Shown: positions 55,606 through 64,000 of the stretch, piece by piece | Position numbering within the stretch: the stretch's first letter is position 1 | Layout of the letters: every line of letters starts with the position of its first letter | NCBI GenBank assembly: GCA_951406725.2 | Contig: OX597818.1 | Coordinates: 38,812,001-38,876,000 of the forward strand | Source: Octopus vulgaris | Taxonomy: Eukaryota | DNA length: 64,000 nt | Direction: 5' to 3' | Notes under the pieces: generated by a model | Database searches by the model: none | The model's input: only the letters and a program-made list of their open reading frames with translations | Told to the model about the DNA's origin: nothing | Position numbers and translations under genes: made by a program

Positions 55606-55958
55606 TATACATATATATATATGTATATATGTCTATATATGTATATATATATATATATGCATATATGTGTATATGTGTATATATATATATGTGTGTGTGT
55701 GTGTTTGTACACCCACCATCGCTTGAGAACCGATGTTAATGTGTTTGCGCCCCCATAACTTAGCCGTTTGGCAAAACAAATCGATAGATTAAGTACTAGA
55801 TTTACAAAAGATAAATCCTGGGCTGGATTTCTTCGGCTAAAGGTAGTACACCAGCATGGCCGCAGTCACACGACCGAAACAAGTAAAACAATAAAGAACT
55901 ATCATCTTGATTCGGAGCAACGCCGGTTATCCCCTCTGCTAGTGTGTGTATGTGTGTG

Positions 55959-56013
<55 letters not shown>

Positions 56014-56788
56014 CAATCCGTAGTAAATATTATATAAGACTCAACTTTCAGCGACAATAATGCTTTATTAAGGTGGAAGGTTGTGGATTTTTGGTATCGA
56101 AGTACGATAAACTGAAAAAAGTTGTGTTTATGTTTCACAGTAGGCGACCAGGTTTGCCGATTATGCGAATAAGAATACAAAGTTAAGGAATGGAGTAGAA
56201 AAGATCCGGGCTGCATATATTTTATAGCTAGCGGAACTTCGGAAACTGGTAAATATCGAAGCAAGGTGTATACCATAGGCTACTCGTCAGGTCAAATTCC
56301 GCCGAGGTCGACTTTGCCTTTCATTCTTTCGGGGTCGATTAGATAAGTACCGGTTATGCACTGGGGTCGATGTAATCGACTTAATCCGTTTGTCTGTCCT
56401 TGTTTGTCCACTCTGTGTTTAGCCCCATGTGGGTAATAAAGACATAGGTATATTGATTGAATGGAAGGTTACATTGTTGCAAGTAGGTACATGATAACAC
56501 ATGGAAGATTCGATCAGAATGTTTAGAGAGCACAGTAAGAATGGATAATATAGATGTAGAGAATTTGGCGGGCGGGCGGCTGGGGGGAGGAGGATAAAAG
56601 GAATAAAAAAAAGAATGAAAGCAATAAAAATATAAGGGAGTGAGAAGAATTAGGAATTTAAGCAAGGTCATTTTACCGATAATATTCAATAGGGCAATTT
56701 TGGTCGAATCACAGAGATCAGCAAAGGGGAGTGGTATTTGGAAAAAAAGATAATGTGGAGGGAAGGGGGTGAGGAAATAATTGTGGAC

Positions 56789-57169
56789 GGCGTAGGAGTG
56801 GCTGTGTGGTAAGTAGCTTGCTTACCAACCACATGGTTCCAGGTTCAGTCCCACTGCGTGGCACCTTGGGCAAGTGTCTTCTACTATAGCCCCGGGCCGA
56901 CCAAAGCCTTGTGAGTGGATTTGGTAGACGGAAACTGAAAGAAGCCCGTCGTATATATGTATATATATATATAATATGCGTGTATGTGTTTGTGTGTCTG
57001 TATTGCTTGACAACCGATGCTGGTGTGTTTATGTCCCCGTTACTTAGCGGTTCGGTAAAAGATACCGATAGAATAAGTCACTGGGCTTACAAAAGAATAA
57101 GTCCCGATTAAAGGCGGTGCTCCAGCATGGCCGCAGTCAAATGACTGAAACAAGTAAAAGAGTAAAAGA

Positions 57170-57170
<1 letters not shown>
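56789..57170 (+). mobile_element. SINE family A (followed by a second 3' half at 57220-57444)
   Basis: Family A consensus. Confidence 0.88.
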
Positions 57171-57229
<59 letters not shown>

Positions 57230-58239
57230 ATATGTTTGTGTGTCTGTTTATTCTCCCAACATCGCTTGACAACCGATGGTGGTGTGTTTACGTCCCCGTC
57301 GCCAAGCGGTTCGGCAAAAGTGACCGATAGAATAAGTACTAGGCTTACAAAGAATAAGTCCCGGGGTCGAGTTGCTCGATTAAAGGCGGTGCTCCAGCAT
57401 GGCCGCTGTCAAAATGACTGAAACAAGTAAAAGAGTAAAGAGTAAATCACAGAAATGAGCAAGGGGAGTGGTATTTGGAAAAAAAAGATAATGTGAAGGA
57501 AATGGGGTGAGGAAATATTTGTGGACAAGAGGAAGAAAAAAGTATACATGAAGGGATGGGATGGGATAGAATTGTAATTGGAAATCGAGAGAGAAGGGAG
57601 TAGAATTGTAGTGACTACTACTGACTATCAAATAAAGAATGTATATTGTTGTGTGCTGTGAGCGTGTTTACAGTATGAAGTAGTAGATGTGTATGTGGGC
57701 GTATGTGCTTGTAAGTATACAAAAGGAGGCGGGGTAGGAGCGGTGAGGCATGTGGAATAAGAGAAAAAACGAGTTTTATGTGGTGAGGAAAGGTAAAGCT
57801 AGAAGTATATATAAATGATAATAAGGAATTAGAGATAGAATAATGGGAATATATAGGTGGTTAAATATGTGGTGGTAGTGAGGGTAAATAAGGGTGAAAA
57901 GTTTAAGAAAGCAAAGGGAAAAGATGCGGCGTGGGTGTTGTTATTTGTATTTTGAGAATAGACTTAGAGATCGATGTTTACAGGTAAAAATTATTCTGCT
58001 GCGTTCATTAAGACAATCCGTGGATTACATAATAGCCAAGACCTCGGCTATGTAAAGATCACATTTGTTATTATACCGCTGTATTGTTTTGGGGTGGGTG
58101 ACAATGGAGCACTTGAGAGTGTAAGAAGGTGATTCATTTTTTTAATCCTTACTGTGCTCTCTACACACTCGGATCGAATCTTGTATGTGCTATCATGTTC
58201 CTACTTGTGACAATGTAAACTTCCATTCAGTCAATATAT

Positions 58240-58472
58240 ATTTCTTTACTGCCCACAAGGGGCTAAACATAGAGGGGACAAACAAGGACAGACGAAGGGA
58301 TTGAGACGATTATATGGCTCCCAGTGCGAAACTGGTACTTTATTTATCGACCCCCGAAAAGATGAAAGGCAAAGTTGACCTCGGCGGAATTTGAACTCAG
58401 AACGTAACGACAGACGAAATACCGCTAAGCATTTCGCCCGGCGTGCTAACGTGTCTGCCAGCTCGCCACCCT
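58240..58472 (-). mobile_element. SINE family B inside PLE arm
   Basis: Full family B consensus; partial mirror copy at 56293-56450. Confidence 0.88.
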
Positions 58473-58473
58473 T

Positions 58474-58555
58474 GACCTGACGAGTAGCCTGTGGTATACA
58501 CCTTGCTTAGATATTTACCACTTCCGAGGTTCCGCTCGCTATGAAACATGTAGCC
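58474..58555 (+). ncRNA. Hammerhead ribozyme fold with long loop II
   Basis: CUGACGA-guagc...gcuau-GAAA-caug-UA-gcc; relatives at 56207-56293 (-), 59294-59376 (-) and 59456-59540 (+). Confidence 0.6.
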
Positions 58556-58616
58556 CGGATCTTATCTTACTCCGTGTATGTGTGTGTGTGTGTGTCTGGG
58601 TGGGTGGTGGTGCGTT

Positions 58617-58675
<59 letters not shown>

Positions 58676-58679
58676 ATAG

Positions 58680-58958
58680 TCTTTTACTTGTTTCAGTCAT
58701 TTGACTGCGGTCATGCTGGAACACTGTCTCTAGTCGAACGAATGGACTCTAGGACTTATTCTTTGTAAGCCTAGTACTTATCCTGTCGGTGTCTTTTGCC
58801 AAACCGCCAAGTTGCGTCTACCAAATCCACTCACAAGGCTTTGGACGGCCCGAGGCTATAGTAGAAGATACTTGCCCAACGTGCCACGCAGTGGGACTGA
58901 ACCCGGAACCATATGTGACTGGTAAGCAAGCTACTTACCACACAGCCACTCCTGCGCC
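58680..58958 (-). mobile_element. SINE family A with internal deletion
   Basis: Head and tail present; central microsatellite segment missing. Confidence 0.8.
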
Positions 58959-58961
58959 TAC

Positions 58962-59042
<81 letters not shown>

Positions 59043-59152
59043 CTTGACTGATGATTGAGGGCTTCGAATGTCCCGTCCGTGTTTTTTGTGTCGTCTTTTA
59101 AATGTTTCACGTTCTTGTCCCAGTTTGTATATTTTTTTACTTTTACATATAC

Positions 59153-59227
<75 letters not shown>

Positions 59228-59785
59228 CTTCCGAGGTTTTGCTAGCTAGGAAACATATAGCTTGGATTTTACCAGCTCCATTTCCTAAGTCCAAGCTATA
59301 TATGTTTCCTAGCTAGCGAAACCTCGGAAGTAGTAATTACTGAACGAAAGCTACTCCACTAGCTACTCATCAGGCCGAATATACATTAGTATCTCCTGCG
59401 AGTTAACTTGGGAACCCTTGACGAAAGTACCCTTCATTTAACTAAAATATCTTCGGTCTGATAAACAGCTAGTAGAGTACTCCTCGTTGAGTAATTACTA
59501 CTTCTGAGGTTCTGCTAGCTTGGAAATAAATATAACCTGGATTTTACCTGGTCCATTCCCTAAATTTGAATTTTTATTCGCATACATAGCAATCCTAGTT
59601 GCCAACCATGAACTATAAAATAACTTTTTTCGGCTAATCTACTTCGATATGGGAAGAATTTACAACCTTCTACGTCAATAAAGCACTATTGTTCTTGAGA
59701 GTTGTGTTTTTATACTTTCTACGGACTGCTAGAAGCTTACTAACTTCCTACACCGGAGTCCTTGGATCTTACTTTTACGTATCAT
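59228..59785. mobile_element. Rearranged PLE pLTR (same family as 56010-56293) with nested inversions
   Basis: 59535-59730 is homologous to the reverse of 56010-56210; local inverted repeat 59228-59271/59290-59332. Confidence 0.65.
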
Positions 59786-60136
59786 TACACACACACACAC
59801 ACATACACACACACACACACATTGCTAGGCCTCCTCGACACTAAGTATCTCTCCTGGTGAACTCATTTCCTTAACAAAGCAAAACCTACATCTCAAACTT
59901 GGCCTTTCTTTTCTGGGACAGAAAACACTTTAAATGTCACCACTACATCAATTACTGACACTCTACAAAGCTCAGATGAAGCATGGGATGAAACATACTG
60001 TCCACATCTGGAACAGTGCAGCAACTACTTATACATTCAAAGATAGGTTAATCAACTGATTGGCCTGGAGTCGCTCAAAAACACACTCCAACCTGTATGT
60101 ATGTATGTATGTATGTATGTATGTATGTATGTATGT

Positions 60137-60690
60137 GTCAGGTCACTTTTGAGTGCTACTTGTAACATGTAACCCAGTACAACCTGTTGCATAGTTGGGT
60201 CGTCGGTGACTAAACCGGCAACCCCACCAAGCTTGCTTGGTGAGGAGGGTGTTTATTGGACACCCTGTGGGATGAAAAACAAAACCCGTCAAAGGGCGGA
60301 GGAACTCTCGAGAGTCAACGGCCATCCAATAAATGTCTTAAGGCTGTATCATGCGCGGGGACATAGAAATAATCAGACTGAATACCCGATCGCGCGGTTA
60401 AATCATTGGGAGTGAAGGATTCGTAGCCTTTGTTAGGGCATCCTTCTAGGAGAAGGTAACTCAGGTAACTGGGATAACTCCGATATAAAACCTGCGGCTC
60501 AGTGGTTACCGATGATGTTGACTTGTTCTTCTTTTCGGATTATGGCTGCTGTTGCTTAGTGAGTGGGATTGACTCAGTGCACAGCCTTTCCTCACTTTAA
60601 AAAAAAATCCTCTTGCACAGGCATTGCACGATAACAACATTGATTAAGCTTCGTGCAATGGCCATACTCGATAACGAGGGGGCAGCCACC
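60137..60690 (+). mobile_element. ~550-bp non-autonomous retroposon-like element between (ATGT)n tracts
   Basis: GC-richer unit bounded by (ATGT)n on both sides; ggagaaggtaactc resembles RTE 5'UTR motifs; no ORF. Confidence 0.5.
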
Positions 60691-60987
60691 ATGTATGTAT
60701 GTATGTATGTATGTATGTATGTATGTATGTATGTATGTATGTATGTATGTATGTATGTATGTATGTATGTATGTATGTATGTATGTACGTATGTACGTAT
60801 GTATGTATGTATGTATGTATGTATGTACGTATGTATGTATGCATGTATGTGTATATGTATGTATGTATGTGTGTGTATGTATGTATATATGTATGCGTAT
60901 GCCTGTATGTATGTATGTATGTATGTATGTATGTATGTACGTACGTACGTACGTATGTATGTATGTACGTATGTATGCATGTATGTG

Positions 60988-61019
<32 letters not shown>

Positions 61020-61035
61020 TGTATGTATGTATGTA
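60691..61035. repeat. (ATGT)n microsatellite
   Basis: Direct inspection. Confidence 0.97.
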
Positions 61036-61259
61036 TAGTTGTCAAAGAATCCATAAGTCATAAAAAACGGTTCCTTGTATATTTGTCAATAGCGCGGATT
61101 TATTGATCTTAAAGCTCATTTCATCAATCGTTGATATTATAGACATCAGTTACTTCTATTACAATGTAATCAATAACTGCCATCACTTTGTGTACAGATG
61201 AAGGAAAGATCCAAGGAAGGGAAGACGGAGGAAAAAAATCGCTAACGATACACACGCAG

Positions 61260-61295
<36 letters not shown>

Positions 61296-61926
61296 GTTAT
61301 TCGCACTTTGCCATGACATATTTTCATTATTGTCATTCCCTTCTGCGCATGCGTGCTTATAGCTGATACTATTGTAGTTACGTGATCGAAGTTTGAGCCT
61401 GATGACGCCATTTTTTCTTTCTGGCTTTACAGTGTAAGCATGGTAGTTCCACTAGCAATATGCACCTAAGAAGAACAAAGAGCAGTGATCCGAGAGATGG
61501 TAATGGCGAACTGGTTCATCTCTCGAGCTTGCTGAATCTTCTTGTCAGTGGTGGAATTTGACGGGCGTCCTGCTCCCTCTTCGTGCATCATGCTTGTCCA
61601 ACCACTTTCAAACCTCTCGATTTACTCATACAGACTTCTACGCGGTAGTGCACTTTTCCCGTATTGTGCTAAAAGACTCCGATGTATTTCAGCACCTGAC
61701 TCACCTTTCGACCAGAAAAAAATCGGATTACTACTCTTTGTTCTTCTTTAGTGCACATTGCTAGTGGAGCGGCCATGCTTACACTGTAAAGCCAGAAAGA
61801 AAAATGATGCGATCAAGCTCAAATATCGATCACGTGACCACAATGGTACCAAATGAACAGAAGTCAGTGTGACAATAATAAAGATATATTATGGCAAAAG
61901 GGCGGATAATTTTTGACTTCTCCTCG
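61296..61926 (-). mobile_element. mariner derivative made of two inverted 5' ends
   Basis: Arms 61296-61492 and 61724-61910; both encode the mariner N-terminus M..PLA.CT.EEQR.VIR; terminus ...ctcctcg|TA. Confidence 0.75.
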
Positions 61927-62833
61927 TATATATAGGAAGTGCAGAATGAGGAATATGTACTGTGTTTTTCACTGAGAAAAATAGTTTTCACACATGTTCA
62001 CTATCTTAGCTAAACAAATGACCTTCTCTAGATGCATTAAAAACACTACAACATATTCAGACACTATTTTAGAAAATTATCTCTGTTCCCTTAGAGAATA
62101 TAAAAGGCAAATTCAGCTGGGGCAAAATGAGCAAGATAAAATAAGGCAAATTTGCCTCTTCAGTTCTCCAGAATTACGTTAGAAAAAAGACTTATAAACA
62201 TCAATATCTATCCTTAGACATCAGAAAGATCAGAAATATAACAAAAGTTTTAAATATTTAGGTCAAATGAAAGAGGATCTCGGAAAGATAGCACACGTTA
62301 TGAAATTAACAAAACACGACTACATCTAAAAACACATCATCTCTATAGCTACTTCACTATCTGCTGGAGTGGAACTCTTTCCGATACATAATCGAGCCAT
62401 GCAGTCAATGGGAAGGAATTTCAATTATTCATTACTCATTTTGCCCCATTTTAGAAATTTTGTTTCGTTTGAAAATGGAAAATGATCAGATTAGACATTA
62501 GTATGGGGTAAAAAAATTGACTTAGAATCTAACAGAAAAAATATCGATTGTTAAGCACCAAAAATTATCCAGATATTTTATTAGCAGCTTCAATTGCAAT
62601 AGGGTCAAAGTTGAGGCAAAATTCCTCGAAAAATAAGTACCGTCACATAACTATATTTCAAACTCTATCAGCTTCAGCCACAACTGTGGTGATCAATTTT
62701 TTACTGCCAAAGATGATGTAACAGTACAAAATGATGATGCAATATTTGCAATGTAATGGTTTGAAACAGGTAGGGAGAAAATAACGAGAAAACAGAAATT
62801 ATTCATTTTGTGCCTCAGCTACCAATTAGTCCT

Positions 62834-62867
<34 letters not shown>

Positions 62868-63261
62868 CTAGCAGTATCGCCCGGCGTTGCTCGGGTTTGT
62901 AAGGGAAATAATTATATAAGCATTTTTAGAGATGTAAAGTATAATAGCCATCTCAATATGGCTAACCACAAAGGGGGAGGGTGTTACTGTAGCTTTTTAC
63001 GTTCTGAGATTTAATAATAAATTTTAGAGAGTTACTTCCCTTATATATGTCAAAAATGGATTAAAAATGGGAAAAATTGATGGTAAATTTTTTTTTAAAT
63101 CGTAGACTCATCGTAGACGCGCGCTAATACCCAGGCGGTCTCGATATGAATCACGACTATAAGATACCCGGTTTTGGTTAAACTGCACCGCAAAATGTGG
63201 GAGTAGTTAGGAATCTAAATCGTAGGAGACAGACACACAACCTCACTTTTATATATAAAGA
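62868..63261 (-). mobile_element. Non-autonomous Helitron
   Basis: Minus-strand TCTTTATATATAAAA start, hairpin cccgagcaacgccggg, CTAG end; shares both ends with 39811-40324. Confidence 0.88.
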
Positions 63262-63427
63262 TTTCCTCTATTTACATAATATTGAGGTCTCTTTCTTTCT
63301 TTTGTTATCTTACTGTTTTTACCAATATACATATATATATATATATATATAAATATATATATAGTTACAGAGATGTACTTGCATAGCCAGTGACTTGATC
63401 TGAGATCGTGTGCTGGAACGAAAACAG

Positions 63428-63685
63428 TTGCAGCGTTGAAGGTGTTTATAAGCCATTTAAGAAACACACAAAAACCGTTAGATTCGCTTCAACATTTAAA
63501 TTTATTTGTCAAAATATTTTCATCGCTTTGAGACCGCGACCTGTTAGCACGATATTTTTGTCAGTGAACAGGTCGCGGTCTCAAAGCGACGAAAATATTT
63601 TGGCAAATTAAATTTAAATGTTGAAGTGAATGTAACGGTTTTTGTGTGTTTCTTAAATGGCTTACAAACACCTTCCACGCTGCAA
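63428..63685. repeat. ~118-bp-arm inverted repeat of PLE-type terminus next to (TA)n
   Basis: Arms 63428-63545 and 63567-63685. Confidence 0.88.
63557..63607 (+). ncRNA. Minimal hammerhead ribozyme fold, G3-C8 core variant
   Basis: uuuguca-GUGAACA-g-gucgc(ggucucaaa)gcgac-GAAA-auau-UU-uggcaaa; 7-bp helix I, 5-bp helix II, palindromic helix III. Confidence 0.62.
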
Positions 63686-63749
63686 TATATATATACACAC
63701 ATATATATATATGTATGTATGTATGTATGTGTGTATATGTGTATGCATG

Positions 63750-63985
63750 TATGTGTGTGTGTGTGCGTGTCTGTGCTTATGATTGTCCTCCACCACTGCT
63801 TGACAACGAATGTTGGTTTGTTTACATCCCTGTCACCTAGTGGTTTGACAAAGGAAACAGATAGAATAAGTACAATGCTTACAAAAATAAAAGTGGAGTT
63901 GATTCATTAAACTACAATTCTTCAAGGCATTGCCCCAGCATGGCCACAGACCAATGGCTGGAAAAAGCAGAAGAATAAAAGAATA
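63750..63985 (+). mobile_element. SINE family A 3' half (diverged)
   Basis: gcttgacaac...gatagaataagtac...ccagcatggccacag tail. Confidence 0.75.
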
Positions 63986-64000
63986 CATTCTCTGCTTTGG

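Larger units (their letters stand above)
56010..58570 (-). mobile_element. Degenerate PLE with inverted pLTR copies
   Basis: GIY-YIG tail (KCDL..AE....LNERS....CKHR) at ~57950-58145 minus; arms ~56203-56540 and ~58146-58562 are inverted; hammerhead CUGACGA at 58477. Confidence 0.7.

Overview
Eukaryotic, AT-rich, repeat-saturated genomic DNA. The tRNA-derived SINE families, (TA)n/(CA)n/(TATG)n microsatellites and TTAGGG repeats suggest an Octopus (cephalopod) genome; this is inference from recognition, not a database hit. The only host gene I can support is the 5' end of a minus-strand gene resembling PRKDC (DNA-PKcs). Its coding exon 1 is at 19981-20107 and exon 2 at 1021-1091, separated by a ~18.9 kb intron; both are missed by the ORF track. 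Everything else recognisable is mobile DNA: CR1-like LINEs (one with an uninterrupted RT reading frame), RTE, CRE and R4/Dong relics, several Penelope-like elements (PLEs), Tc1/mariner/pogo, hAT (Buster/Charlie), non-autonomous Helitrons, foldback MITEs and five SINE families. Two signals stand out. (1) About a dozen minimal hammerhead-ribozyme folds sit in PLE-type termini embedded in (TA)n tracts, often in inverted repeats, and their core 3-8 pair co-varies (C3-G8, U3-A8, G3-C8). (2) A family of GGATC...GATCC foldback elements with 8-bp TSDs carries internal telomeric repeats. Most long ORFs in the supplied track are microsatellite artefacts.
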